A stretch of 62,989 nt of DNA, the filler included, from Hausera hauseri (taxonomy: Eukaryota), in NCBI GenBank assembly GCA_046269625.1. It is 10 parts of 10 records of this genome, joined end to end, with 100 filler letters (N's around TTAATTAATTAA, not from the genome) between each part and the next. Parts side by side here need not be neighbours in the genome. Positions count along the whole stretch, not along the records: positions 6,791 to 12,404 come from JBJURY010220408.1; positions 12,505 to 17,115 come from JBJURY010505797.1; positions 17,216 to 22,821 come from JBJURY010222074.1; positions 22,922 to 28,079 come from JBJURY010319272.1; 6 more parts are not named here. One strand, written 5' to 3'. The notes below the pieces were generated by a model. It was not told the DNA's origin. It worked only from the letters and a program-made list of their open reading frames with translations, and did not search any database. The position numbers and the translations under genes are program-made. This document shows, piece after piece, positions 11,923 to 24,678 of the stretch. Every line of letters begins with the position of its first letter. Position 1 is the first letter of the stretch.

Positions 11923-12404
11923 ACTTTAAGGGCTTTGAATTCAGTCATATTGTCCTGAAGAATCCCCTCTGCTTTTTCCTTTGTGTACTCCAGGAACTCC
12001 TTGATGGTTGTTTGACCAGTTGTCTCAATGACATATTTGCGGCATTTACTCTTTAATGCTGCAGCATCAACTGGCCGCTGTCTTTGGCTTTTTGTTGGAG
12101 CCGCTACGCCTGATGCGCCTGATGCGCGTTATAGTCCTGCATCTGACTGTACTGCAGACTGTGGTACTGCAGGTTGTGGTACTGCATGCTCTACTGCGGG
12201 CTTATGTTCATTAAAGATGATTTTCTTTGTCCTTGATACAAAGTCAGTCAAATTATGTTTGTGATCTTCATAAAACTGTACGTATTTTCCGTAACATACA
12301 GCCTCACATCCTGTGCAGACACAATAAATGGTCCTATTGAATTTGTGACGATAATAGCTCCTCTTGGTATTGTGGCAATTTTGAGGGTTGTGTATTACAC
12401 ATGT
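11923..12404 (-). pseudogene. Upstream (N-terminal) part of the same Maverick pPolB ORF
   Basis: ...TIKEFLEYTKEKAEGILQDNMTEFKALKV joins in frame to ORF 8388-9308 once the insert is excised. Confidence 0.7.
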
Positions 12405-12599
12405 NNNNNNNNNNNNNNNNNNNNNNNNNNNNNNNNNNNNNNNNNNNNTTAATTAATTAANNNNNNNNNNNNNNNNNNNNNNNNNNNNNNNNNNNNNNNN
12501 NNNNATATCCAACGCCTCGTATCTGTGCACCAAGTGTTCCGCGGCCTTCTTCTATTCCGCCTTCCTTGCGGGTTCCAAGTTAATGCTTGAATTATTATT

Positions 12600-12766
12600 T
12601 AGACGTCTTCGTATGTTACATGTCCTTCGCATGTGACAGGACCTTCATATCTGGCCAGTCCTTCTTATGTGACAGGTCCTTCACGTAGGACAACTCTCTC
12701 TTTTTCTGACAGGTCCTTCATGTATGACAAGTTCTTTGTATGTAACAGGTCCTTTGTTTGTGACAA
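12600..12766 (+). repeat. Degenerate ~19-bp tandem repeat (GTGACAGGTCCTTC core)
   Basis: Core recurs about 8 times. Confidence 0.7.
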
Positions 12767-13189
12767 TTCAAAAACGGTTCAAGAAAACCTAGACCGACGA
12801 AATGGGGAATACAAGGCCAGAGTGTCCCTCATGAAGACTGTACAACGCATAACCAGTCATTAGCTTGATGCTCTGTGATCTGGTATATTTCTCGGGGACA
12901 ACAGAAAGAATCATACCCAAACAGAAAGACACACAAAACATTTAAGTTCGACTGACAAGGTTGCCTTATTTAAGAAGCTAAACACAGCACATGCCAACAA
13001 AAATTCAATAGGAGTCGTAAAAGAGATCGAAAGTTCGTCAGCATATTTACAGCCTCTCCACGACCATAATTTCGAATGTCATCCAGTCTTCTTTGCCAGC
13101 CCAGTCAACTGACTGATACAAATGTCAGTCACAAAAACCGTTCTACCATCTGAAATAACAAATACAACAACTACATGTTTCTTTAACAT

Positions 13190-13450
13190 ACACTAAACAT
13201 TACAGCTCAAAATCCTAATGCATTTTTCTGGTTCATTAAACATTATAACTCAACATTCTAATGTTTTTTTGTGATGCATTAAACATTACAGTTTAAAAGT
13301 TGAATGTTTCTTACTGGTACACTAAATATTACAGCTTTAAAGTCGAATGTTTCTTACTGGTACACTAAACATTAAAGCTTTAAAGTCAAATGTTTCTTAC
13401 TGGTACACTAAACATTACAGCTCAATATTGTAATGTTTTTCATTATACTA
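13190..13450 (+). repeat. Degenerate ~37-bp tandem repeat (CACTAAACATTACAGCT...AATGTTTCTTACTGGTA)
   Basis: About 7 visible units. Confidence 0.8.
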
Positions 13451-14203
13451 ATACTTTAATGGCTCATGTTTCTGAGGCAACACAAAATTTAAAATACTAA
13501 TGTTCATTTCTGACACCCTCTGTATTCAGTGGCATAGCATAAGGGGTGCAAAGGGAGTTGTCATCCCTGGTGCAAAATTATTAGGATACAAAATGTCAAA
13601 AAGAAAAGCCATACCAACACTGACCAAATGTCACATGAAATGTCCCACCAAATGTCCCAAATAATTGTTTCATACATACAAAAGTCAGCCTAGCAGAGTC
13701 TGTCACTGATTTTATTCACTTACATGAGAAATTGCCTGACACATAACAAATCTGTGATGAGTTGCCAGCAGACCATCTTATGGCGGAGAATGCTATGACT
13801 ACTAGTGCTGGATATGGTTATATTATCGTGTACAGAACCATACTTTTGACACAAATCCAAAATCACTGTTTGCCCCATGTAACTCACTCAATCTTGTTGG
13901 CAAAAACTATTATCTTTTTTGTTTTGCACAGTGAAAAAAGTCTACAGTCTTCTCAAGCTCCATATGTAAAAAGGATGCTCTTACGCAACATGACCCAGTT
14001 CTAAAGTGATCGTGTGACACAAGATAAAGCTCACAGCATGAAAGTGTATATGTACTTGTTGATGAAGCCAAGAAAAATACAGAAGCTTTGGAAGTGTTGA
14101 GAGATGTGGTGATACAGGACGTCTCTTAGATCACGTCCTGACCTATCCTTTTTTCTCATTATTGCATATTTAGTTCGGTATTATGGTAACCCAAGCAGAA
14201 CTA

Positions 14204-14450
14204 TGGTGGTATAGTGGTATAGTGACACTCGCTAGCCTATCACATGGTCTTAGGTTCAACTCCCAGCAGTGGCAAGTGAATTTTGTTCAACTAAAATAAT
14301 TTCAGGGTTCATCCAGTGTAAAAAATTGGGTATTAGAAAAACTGTAGAGAAAGCTGGCCTGTATTACTACACACTATTTGCCTTGCCCCAGGCATTGGCA
14401 ACCTACAGTACGACGCTGCATGTAAAAGCTAAAAATTCTAACGCTTCTTC
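14204..14450 (+). mobile_element. Degenerate tRNA-derived SINE
   Basis: A-box-like TGGTATAGTGG, B-box-like GGTTCAACTCC, followed by a SINE body-like GGGTTCATCCAG...AAATTGGGTA segment; no cloverleaf. Confidence 0.5.
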
Positions 14451-15015
14451 CTACAACTGAATGAAAAAAAAAACCTGGTATCTGTTGTTCCTTTCTGAGA
14501 CAGAATACTTAAAGCTCAGTATCCCAATGTTTATTTCTGGAAAAACTATGAACAAAAGTACAATGCTCTGCTACCTAATTCTCATATACACAAAAGCTCG
14601 ATATTTTGATGATCCTGTCTGAGACACAATACACAACTGCTCAAGATTCTAATGTTTGTTTCTTGATATTCTAATGTTTGATTCTGCAACACTGCTAAGC
14701 AAGTAAAAGAATGATATCGTAATGCTGGCCAAGAAAATATAATAATTTTTTTTTTAAAAAAATCACAGTATGAAGAAATGCAGTAAAACACACATCAAGT
14801 AACATCTGCAAAACAAACATGGCTCTGATTAATTACTTAACAACACTCTTCAACAGAAACCAAAACACCAGCTGGCAAGGTTGGACATGAACTCTCGGTT
14901 ACATGCCTACCTGTTTACCATATAAACCATTCTCAATTCTGTGCTCATGGAATAATACCAGTAATTACATTGTTTGGGTGTCTGCATGATGTGAGAGAGG
15001 GGTAAGGGGAATTTG

Positions 15016-15380
15016 AAATGTTGTGAATGCTCCGAGTGACCCATAGTCTGAGGTCTGCCACAGCACCAGGATTGGGCGGAAATGTTATGAATGCTCTGAG
15101 AGACACATAGTCTGAGGTCTACCACAGCACCAGGATTGGGGGGAAATGTTATGAATGCTCCAAGAGACCCATAGCCTGAGGTCTACCACAGCACCAGAAT
15201 TGGGGGGAAATGTTGTGATTGCTCCGAGAGACCCATAGTCTGAGGTCTACCACTGCACCAGGATTGGGGGGAAATGTTATGAATGCTCCAAGAGACCCAT
15301 AGTCTGAGGTCTACCACTGCACCAGGATTGGGGGGAAATGTTGTGAATGCTCCGAGAGACCCATAGTCTGAAGTCTACAG
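15016..15380 (+). repeat. 64-bp minisatellite, ~5.7 copies
   Basis: ACCAC(A/T)GCAC recurs at 15121, 15185, 15249, 15313. Confidence 0.95.
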
Positions 15381-15459
15381 TCAAGACATCTCCACAGTGA
15401 CTTCCATGGCAATGAAATGGAAACCTAATGGACAGAGAGGATAATGATGGCCCCCAGCG

Positions 15460-15620
15460 GATCACTTTACATCTTGGAAGCAAGGTCTCATCAAATGGTG
15501 ACTGCATTATGGAGATAAACAGTAGAATAAGTCAAGCAAATCACAATTCTGCATCCCTGTGGTCAATCTGGAAAACCATCAAATCTCAGCATTCAGACCA
15601 AGATCAAACTGTATAAGTGT
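15460..15620 (+). mobile_element. Non-LTR retrotransposon (RTE-like) RT C-terminal fragment
   Basis: HLGSKVSSNGDCIMEINSRISQA...LWSIW resembles the conserved YLGS...G....EI..RI..A...L..IW block. Confidence 0.65.
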
Positions 15621-16065
15621 TCTCAGGAAACAAAATGCCTGTGATGAATTATTCTGGCTAAAGGTGACGAGCTCAGACAAATAGCAGGGGTGACCATCAT
15701 CTCAAGAGATATTCTAGGAATAATAATTTATAGCCATGAACACTTGACTACTGAAATCTTGACAATGGTCAATGTAGATGTTTTCCTTCTATCCCAGTGA
15801 AATAAAAAAAGAGACTCTGCTGTTGATAGTGCATTGTCAAGAACCTTAGAGATGAACCAACAGTCTGAAAGGACAAAGGCATACTTCACGCTGTCTGCCA
15901 AAGCAATTTTTCTCTCCCGGTTCAACTACTAGGAGGGAGCATGAAGTCCTGACCAGTGTGGTAATATTGACCCTGATCAAGATGGCAAAAAAACCCTTCA
16001 GAGGAGTCTATGTGATGTTGTTAGCTTGGATGGAACTTTACAACTGCAAGTTACACACAGTTTGA

Positions 16066-16345
16066 GTCTGAACACAAACAATCAAATACTTCTGTGTGAC
16101 TTGATTCTTTCATCTGAACAATGCCAACAAACAATCAAGCACTTCTGTGTGACTTCACTGTTTCATCTGAACGCTCCCGACAAACAATCAAGCACTTCTG
16201 TGTGACTTGACTGTTTCATCTGAACACTAATCACAAACAACCAAGCACTTCTGTGTGACTTCACTATTTCATCTGAACACTCCCGACAAACAGTCAAGCA
16301 CTTCTGTGTGACTTGACTGTTTCATCTGAACACTAATGACAAAAT
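16066..16345 (+). repeat. 53-bp minisatellite, ~5.5 copies
   Basis: TCTGAAC...CAAACAATCAAGCACTTCTGTGTGACTT..CTGTTTCA units with period 53. Confidence 0.95.
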
Positions 16346-17374
16346 GAGCTCCAGGTGAACATTTCAGTTTTTATTTGAACACTGCTGATATGGTCATCGC
16401 CCTCAAGGTGACTGACTGGCTTCTCAAGGTTTTGAGAAATGTGAATCAGTACAGTTGTCTAGAACGTGTGAAATGCAACTGCACAAGTAGTGGCCAGGAT
16501 GGAGCTGATTTATGAGAGGATTCATTACTCTACTCAGAACCGCTACAATTAGTCTCTCCTTGCTGATGGATATTTTGAGAAGAGGCGAGTGGCAGCTATG
16601 GACATGTCCAGAGTGCAATGGAAATAATCAACATGGCATCATGTAAAGTAACATAAACAGTGTAAACATGAAATAACAATATTTAAGTATTCAAGAAAAA
16701 CATAAGTCTTAAAAATGTTATATTTTTATTGCATTATCAAAGGTATTAAAATATTTGTACCTTTTCATTTCATTGAAATAACTAACATGGAAGTAGCTAG
16801 TTAAAAAAATGTATAAAAATAAATTTCTGGATTAAAATTAGTGGGCATAACATACATTGAAAAGGTCACATAAAATCAACATTTCTTTAGCATTTTGTTA
16901 AATCCTGAAATCAAATAAATTTAATGTGAAACAAGATAAAAGTTTATTTTATATTTAACATTTGTTGTTTTTATTTAATAAAGATCAGCTGAGGTGTAAA
17001 ATGAAGCATCTGATTGGATCAGCAAGAATTAAAAGGAAACAGCAGAAAGTTCTGGTTTAACTGGAAACAACAAGATGCTTTAACTGTGCTGCAGGTGTTC
17101 AGCATGCAGAGACCANNNNNNNNNNNNNNNNNNNNNNNNNNNNNNNNNNNNNNNNNNNNTTAATTAATTAANNNNNNNNNNNNNNNNNNNNNNNNNNNNN
17201 NNNNNNNNNNNNNNNAAACTTCGAAAGTAGATTACAAAAAGAAAATATGTATTTGTACAAAAAATTATTATGAATTGAAAGTTTGTATTTGTACAGAAAA
17301 AATTTATTCTGGCAGTACAGAAAAATTTTTATCGAAATTTCTGGAATGTTCCATGTGCCATATAGCATTTGATT

Positions 17375-19004
17375 TCTGGTCGTCCATTAAACTTTCTGTA
17401 TGATATATGTTCGACATACAATTTTTCCAGCGTGGAGATCTGCGTATCGCTCCCACTTTCCTCCATTCCGTTGAACGATACTTCATCGAAATTTTCCGTT
17501 TTCATAAATTTTCGTACATTTTCGTGTGTCCTTTTATCCATCTCTATATCACCGTGTCCCCTTCTTCTTGATCTGTCTATATTGTTTGATGTAATACTAC
17601 TAATATACATAACGATATTTTGTGAGACTGAATCTATTGTAGTGTCCCGATTTGCTCCACTTCTATAGAAGCTCTGCCTTTTTGGGCAACTGACTCCTGA
17701 TCGAATTTGGTTTCTTCTTCCTCTACGTTTGTGACTTCCCCCCGTCTTCTGTTCAGATTATCCCCGTACTTTCTTTTGACTCGGTACGTATCCCCTCCTG
17801 GTTCTCTTGTCCCCTCCAGCCTGGCGTAACACTCCTTTTCTGTATGTCCCCTATGGTGACATCTTGCACAGCTACGGTTAACACAGTTTCGTCTGATGTG
17901 CCCTAGCTGACCACATCCGTAGCACCTTATTGGTTTTCTTTTGGGACACTGCCTGCTTAAGTGTCCTTCTTTTCCGCATCCAAAGCATTTAATCGATCTC
18001 TGTGTAATGCACTTTCTGCTTGTATGTCCTTCCTTTAGGCACGTCCAACACTTTAATCTACTATTTGGTGGTCTAATAGGGGTCGTGTTGATTTTAGAAA
18101 CGAATTTCCTGATATTTTGTGCTGCCACTTCCTGGTAGCTTCTTCTACCGATCCCCGGATACTTCTTGACCGTGTTGACTTCTGTCTTAATCTTCACCTC
18201 GTGTATCTTTCGTATTTTTTCCTTTATTGTTTCCGCGTCTCGTTTGTCACTGAGGCATATTTCTCTTCTCATCTCTCTATTGTTACAACATTGGAACAAT
18301 AGTTCCTCTTTCAGAGCCTCGCGTGAAAGATTGTGCTTCATGACTTTATACAGAAGTTTCTCCATTGTGTCAAAGTAAGCCTCCGGTTCCTATCCGTTTA
18401 TTCTGTATTCCAGTGTTTCTTTTAGATATTCGCACAGCGTTGAGGATCGGGTGAAAACCTTCCGTAGTCTGTTTTGATATCCAATTATTTTCGCATCTAC
18501 TGCCTCGTATTTTTCTAGTGCTTCTTCCTCCAAGAGGCACTCAACCATGATCTCTCTCTTTGCAGCCGGGGTGTTCATATATTTAAAGAATTTTTCACAT
18601 CCTTTAATGAACTTCTCCACGTCGTCGCCTTTCCTGTATTTGTTTGGCAACAATTGGTTCGCGACGATGTCCATTGTGGCGTAAGTCGCCATGTTGGTTG
18701 CGTGCACATCCACGCCGTCCACATCGTCGCCCAGCTTGGGTAGGGTTGGAAAATACCCGCCCTCTGGTATGTCTGCTTAATCAGAATTGGATCGTTTGAA
18801 ATTACTCATTACAAAGTAACACCAGTTGTTGAAAATTTTATTATAATCCAAAATACTTATTTGGAAATAAATTTTCCCAAATTTTCCCAATTTCTAAATT
18901 TAAATTATACTTTTAATGTTACACTTCTAAATTAAAGTTTTTAAAAATTTAAAAATGTTTCTAATTTAAATTTAGAATTTCCATTCTCGATTATATCCTT
19001 CACA
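17375..19004 (-). mobile_element. LTR retroelement 5' part, copy A: short AT-rich LTR (18827-19004), PBS-like TGGTG, gag
   Basis: LTR reads TGTGAAGG...AATAAAATTTTCAACA then ACTGGTG; homologous to 20834-22448 in inverted orientation. Confidence 0.8.
17634..18722 (-). pseudogene. gag: Gag-like protein with four CCHC zinc knuckles; in-frame TAG at 18390-18392
   Basis: ORFs 18390-18722 and 17634-18365 share a frame; knuckles CWTC..GH....C, CFGC..GH, CYGC..GH, CARC..GH. Confidence 0.85.
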
Positions 19005-19134
19005 ATGTTTGAATGTAATGAAAGTGATATAAATATTAAAAGACATGAATGGGTTTTAAACATGTTTCATGGAATGCTTTTATTATTGTTATAAACAAAT
19101 ATAGTTCAAGAACAAAATTTTTGTAAAGAACGTT

Positions 19135-20833
19135 AGTAGTGGAAAATGGGAGTTCTGGTACAAACTCCTACCCTACCACCATTAATAAATTGATGCGTCA
19201 AAATAAAAGTCAATTTCATGATTCGATGAATCGGAATAGGTATTTATTCCGTATTCTCCGAATGGGTGAATAAAAATGTATTCCTTACCCCCGTCACATG
19301 AGGTCATATAAGGTTAAAGTAATCTTTTTATACTATCAAAATGGTTATAAACAAATTGTGGAAACCAAAAAACATTTAAATAAACAAAAGAATGAAAGAA
19401 TCCCCGTATTGTACTTTGCTATCTGGTGATGAAATAAAAGTAATACTTACAGTTTATTTTTAATCACCTTATAATTGGTTTTAGTGTGATTTTGATTACA
19501 TACTAGAAAAACCTTAACCAACGTACAATACAGAAATGCCAAATTATTCAACATTGGAAGATAATTTGAAGATAATTATTGCCAGTCAAAACATGAAGGA
19601 AAGTTTGAAAAAAAGTATTGAAAAGCTCGCGGATATTTCTGTAAGTGGAATAATAGGTGATAACAGATTTTTACCAATATCAAATGTACCATGTAGATTT
19701 CATCAAAAATGCAGGATTTATATGTCAATGCATTATGATTAATGAAAAACGTAAAATTATTTCTGTAGCAGAAAAAAGACAGAAGACGTTAACCGTAAAT
19801 TTATTTGCAGCTGTAATTGGATTTGGTGTTATATTTTTTATTAAGACAATAAAAATGTATAAAAACTATTTCGTCTTTTACTTTAAACAATAGTATGTAA
19901 CAATAGTATGAAGAATAACTTAAAAGAGTAAGACAACACATGTAAAATTGTATATAATTACATAAAGTAAAAGTGTCCACGAGGAAAAGTTGAGTGCAAT
20001 CTGCTTGAATAAATCGTTTGTCATCGAAGAAGCTCAGACTTTTCTTTCATAGTACATTTGTTATCACGACAGGATCATGTGACACAATTCGCCGCACGTC
20101 TGATAATAGTGTTGATTGATTGTTAAGGCCCCAGATATAATCTTGAAACGAGATATGTTTTTCAAGTGTAGCCCTCTGAACATCTTTAGCCCTTTTCTTT
20201 ATTTGTCCATCCACATTAAGAACGTAAATTTTCGGTCGAAGTCCAACATTAGCAGAAATATTTTTGCTGTTTACTTCATCATTAAATTCCATAAAACCAT
20301 TTATTTGATAAGGAAAAGGTCCAAAAATCCTTCGTATAATCTTATGTACCGAAGAAATATGACAAATGATAAAAATCATTGAATATATCATCTGATTGAA
20401 TATGATATATGAATGAATTCGTAACCATATACATTAGTTGAATGTCTGGAAAATTTGGCTTCATGACATTATAGTGGAAGTCATACATGAGTGTTTTTGA
20501 CAAATCAAGTATCAACATTCCAACATAAATCGGCGTTTTGAAATTCAGAATCGTTTTTTGCATTTTGATACTAGCGAAATTTTCAGAATGAAGAGTGCTA
20601 TGTAAGAAATTAGACTTTGCAATTAACTTTTTCTTGCTCAGTCGTTGACCAATTGAATTGACAGCATTTTTCTTATACTCTTCATAACTTTTCCAAAAAC
20701 CGCGTTGTTGTATAATTTAAATTGATGTTTTTCAAAATTTATTTTTACATGTGTTCGAAGATCTGCACTGAATTGAATATTAGGCTGAAGCCATTTGGAT
20801 TGACTGAACTGCAAAGTCTATGCACTCTGGTAG
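19135..20833. mobile_element. Polinton/Maverick remnant: AGTAGT terminus at 19135, small ORF remnants, 3' end of pPolB
   Basis: AGTAGTGGAAAATGGGAGTTCTG matches the termini at 36462 and 49627; pPolB C-terminus lies about 0.85 kb inside. Confidence 0.75.
19960..20833 (-). pseudogene. polB: Maverick pPolB C-terminal (polymerase) fragment, truncated by the LTR at 20834
   Basis: FSQSKWLQP, KLYNNAVFGK (motif B), PIYVGMLILDLSK.LMYDFHY, YMVTNS (decayed YxDTDS), GLRPKIY, KRAK, FDDKR. Confidence 0.9.
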
Positions 20834-22448
20834 TGTGAGGATATAACTGAGAACAGAAATTCTAAATTTAAATTAAAAACATTTGAAAATTTAAATTAAA
20901 AATTTAATTTAAAAGTAATATTAAAAGTCTAATTTAAAATTGCAAAAATTTATTTCCGAATAAATATTTTGGAGTATAATAAATATTTTCAACAACTGTT
21001 TATCTTTTCAATGAGCAATTACAAAGGATGAAATTCTGATTTAGCGGACAGACCAGGGGGCGGGGATTTTCCGACCCTACCAAAGCCGGGCGACAAGGTG
21101 GACGGCGTGTATGCGAACGCGGCCAACATGGCGACTTACTCCACAATGGACATCGTCGCGAACCAATTGCTGCCCAATAAATTCAGGAAAGGCGACGACG
21201 TGGACAAGTTTATTAAAGGATGTGAAAAATTTTTTAAATATATGAACACCCGGGCGGCAAAGATAGAGAGATAGATCATGGTTGAATATCTCTTGGAGGA
21301 AGATGTACTAGAAAGATACAAAGCAGTAGATGCAAGGATAACGGGATATCAAAACCGACTACGGAAGGCTTTCACCCGATCCTCAACGCTGTGCGAATAT
21401 CTAAACAAGCACCGGAGTACAGAATAAACGGATAGGAACCGGAGGCTTACTTTGACGCAATGGAAAAACGTCTGTATAAAAACATGAAACACAATCTTTT
21501 ATGCGAGGCTCTGAAAGAGGAACTATTGTTCCAATGTTGTAACAATAAAGAGATGAGAAGAAAAATATGCCTCAGTAACAAACGAGACACGGAAACCATA
21601 AAGGAGAAAATATGGAAGATACACAAAGTGAAGATTAAGACAGAAAAAGTCAACACGGTTAATGCGTATCCGGGAATCGGTAGAAGAAGCTACCAGGAAG
21701 TGGCAGCACAAAATATCAGGAAACCCGTTCCTAGAATCAGCACGACCCCAACTAGAACATCAAATAGTAGATTAAAGTGTTGGACATGCCAGAAGGAAGG
21801 ACATACAAGCAGAACGTGCACCACACAGAGACCGATTAAATGCTTTGGATGCGGAAAAGAAGGACACATAAGCAGGCAGTGTCCCGAAAGAAAACCAATA
21901 AAGTGCTACGGATGTGGTCAGCTAGGGCACATCAGACGAAATTGTGTTAACCTTAGCTGTGCAAGATGTCACCGTAGGGGACATACCGAAAAGGAGTACT
22001 ACACCAGGCTGGAGGGGAGAAGAGAACCAGGATGGGATACGTACAGAGTTAAAAGAAGGTACGGGAATAATGTGAACAGAAGACGGGAGAAAGTCGCAAA
22101 CGTAGAGGAGGAAGAAACAGAATCTGATTAGAAGTCAGTTGTCTCAAAAGGCAAAGCTTCGATAGAAGTGGAGCAAATCGGGGTACTACAACAGATTTAG
22201 TCTCCCAAAATATCGTTATGTACAATATTAGGAGTATATTAAACAATATAGACGGATCAAGAAGAAGGTGACACGGAGATATGTTGATGGATAAAAGGAC
22301 ACATGAAAAAGTAGGGAAATTTATGAGAAGGGAAAATTTTGAGGAAGTATCCTCCAACGGAATGGGGGAAAGTGTGAACTATACGCAGATCTTGCGCTAG
22401 CGAATTGTATGTCGAACAAATATCATACAGGAAGTTTAATGGACGACC
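20834..22448 (+). mobile_element. LTR retroelement 5' part, copy B: LTR 20834-20994 plus disrupted gag
   Basis: TGTGAGG...TTTTCAACA LTR; high similarity to copy A until AAGTTTAATGGACGACC. Confidence 0.8.
21460..22131 (+). CDS. gag: Gag C-terminal part with CCHC zinc knuckles (copy B)
   Basis: Near-identical to 17634-18365; the fourth knuckle has lost its last Cys. Confidence 0.8.
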   Translation: MEKRLYKNMKHNLLCEALKEELLFQCCNNKEMRRKICLSNKRDTETIKEKIWKIHKVKIKTEKVNTVNAYPGIGRRSYQEVAAQNIRKPVPRISTTPTRTSNSRLKCWTCQKEGHTSRTCTTQRPIKCFGCGKEGHISRQCPERKPIKCYGCGQLGHIRRNCVNLSCARCHRRGHTEKEYYTRLEGRREPGWDTYRVKRRYGNNVNRRREKVANVEEEETESD

Positions 22449-23865
22449 TATTGACTAGAGTTACACAATAAAACGGAAAAATATTCCAAAAATACATTTT
22501 TATTTGAAAAATTGGAAATTAATCGATAGAGGATATTTTCTTGCATCCGACAAGTTTGATCTCATTTCGATACGCCGTATGAGTGCTTAGATAAAATTAT
22601 TCGAAACCTCGGTGAAAAGATATTCGAGTTCGTAGAAAATTTTTCGAAAAATTTGTCCCACCTATACCATGTTGCATGAAATTCAAAGATACACATTTTT
22701 TAATTTTTCGAAAATTCTCAAAAATTTGCACAGAATTCGAATAGTGCTGCTGAATAAAATTTTTGCAGACATTTGTTTCACGTATATAAGATGTTGCATA
22801 ACATTCAAAAATATACATTTTNNNNNNNNNNNNNNNNNNNNNNNNNNNNNNNNNNNNNNNNNNNNTTAATTAATTAANNNNNNNNNNNNNNNNNNNNNNN
22901 NNNNNNNNNNNNNNNNNNNNNGTGAAAAAGAATAGATGAATCGATTTTCGAATTACAGGCAAGGTCAACACAAACAACGTTTGTCTCAGCCAAGCTGTAT
23001 CAACGCCGAAGAGACAAGAGCATTTCCTTCAAAACAAAAATGCAGTTGATGCACATACTTGTCGTCTCCATTTTTCTGTGCGCATGCGTAACATGGACAG
23101 TAACCAGCCAAGTAGCAAACAAAATACAAGATGAAAATAGGGGCTTCAGAATAATCGTTTGAATATTCGTACATGGATTATATTACAAATGCTCACGTGA
23201 GAGAAAGATAATAAGAAAAAGCTTACACCCACGTGCAGGCTTGAAATGTCTACCCTTACAGCTGAATCAAACATGAACTTTGTCAGTCTAGGATAGTAAC
23301 ATATGCTGCAAAATGAACAATATTCGTCTAAACCCACTGAGTAGTTGCTGCATTATATCTTGGTATATATGTGTGTGTGCGTGCGTGCGTGCACCTCTCA
23401 CTGATCACCCAGAACGCTCATGTGTAGATCGAACAACAACAACAATATAAATAAGGTAGGAGCTGCAAATGTTTGGTATCAGCAGTGGCGACGACTTTAT
23501 GTTCACAAATTTAGCAGTCCTAACAAAAAGCAAAACGGAAAAAAAGAATATAATATATAATGTTGAATTGAAAAAAAACCCGAAATTAAAAAGTCTTGTA
23601 CACGACAAGAATCTTACGGCCAGTAACTATCGGATAGTTACTATCCATTGCAAAAGGGAAAAAACCATTGCTGTTAGTGTTCAGCAGATCTTCAGTTGAT
23701 CTAAGGCAGATTGCAGAGGAGATGGTTTTATTCTGAGCCTTCAGCTCTGTGGGGTTTGGGACTTGTAGTTGTAAGGTGTGCAGTTTTGACCCGTTTTCCT
23801 CCCCTGGTAGGTTCTTCTCTTTCTTTCCTTTCTTTGACAGAGTTGTCTTAAAGGTTTGAAGAACG

Positions 23866-24678
23866 CCTCCTTTTTCTCCCTCATGATAGGGTTGGCCGGC
23901 GAACTCTAAAGTATGCTTTGACCGTTGTCGATGTGGCCAGCCGGTACAAGGAAGCCGAGCCTCTAGCCTCGAAGAGCAGCGGAGAGGTTGCCGATGCACT
24001 GGCTCGAATTTATAAGCGGGGCCTCTCACATACCCTAAGCTGCTCATGGTGGACCCGGGCCGCGAGTTTTTTGGCGAAGTCTCGCAGTTGCTTGCCAAAC
24101 ACTCCGTGCATGTACGACGCGGCCAAGCCGGCAACCATCGCCAACAGGCTATTGTGGAGCGATTTAACTGCACCCTTGCCGAAAGGCTGTTTGGCCATCA
24201 GTACGCCCAGGAGTTATTGCTAGCTGCCCGAGGCTCGTCTGAGCGGTCTGCGGAATGGGTGGCCCGGCTCTCTGACGTAGTTGCGGCTCTGAACAGCGAG
24301 GTGACTCGGCTGACTGGGAAGAGGCTTGTGGACGCAATCAAACTGCAACGGGTGACAGCGAGGCCCTCCGCTCCGGTTGCCCCAGGTCGCCCTGTTGGGC
24401 TTGAGGAGTCCGTGCTTCCTTCTGATGTCCAAGTCAGGTACTTGTACACCAGCTCACCCGGCGAGCATGAACTGGAAGGCGGGCGCCGACGGGCCACCGA
24501 TCCAGTTTGGTCCTTACGACATACTCTATTAGTGATGTGGTGCGATAGGAGGGACAGCCTGCGCTATACCATCTGGTGGATGGACCGGGCCGGGGGTTTG
24601 TGCGCGAAGAGTTTGATGGTGGTGCCTGACGATACTGAGATGCCTCCTAAAAGGCTACTTCAAGGTGGCCGTCGGTAA
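23866..24678 (+). pseudogene. Retroviral-type DDE integrase (Polinton/Ginger-like), 5' truncated and frameshifted
   Basis: LLFLPHDRVGRR..KYALTVVDVASRYKEAEPL; LMVDPGREF; QAIVERFN.TL; RRATDPVWS; frameshifts near 24025 and 24512. Confidence 0.88.

Noticed and set aside
14204-14280. tRNA gene
   Set aside because: A and B boxes are present but there is no acceptor stem or cloverleaf; better explained as a SINE head
15016-16345. CRISPR-like arrays
   Set aside because: Units are contiguous tandem repeats without unique spacers; no cas genes; eukaryotic context
17634-18365. Host CNBP-like zinc-knuckle gene
   Set aside because: Preceded by an LTR/PBS-like start and a Gag-like N-terminal region, and present as two dispersed copies
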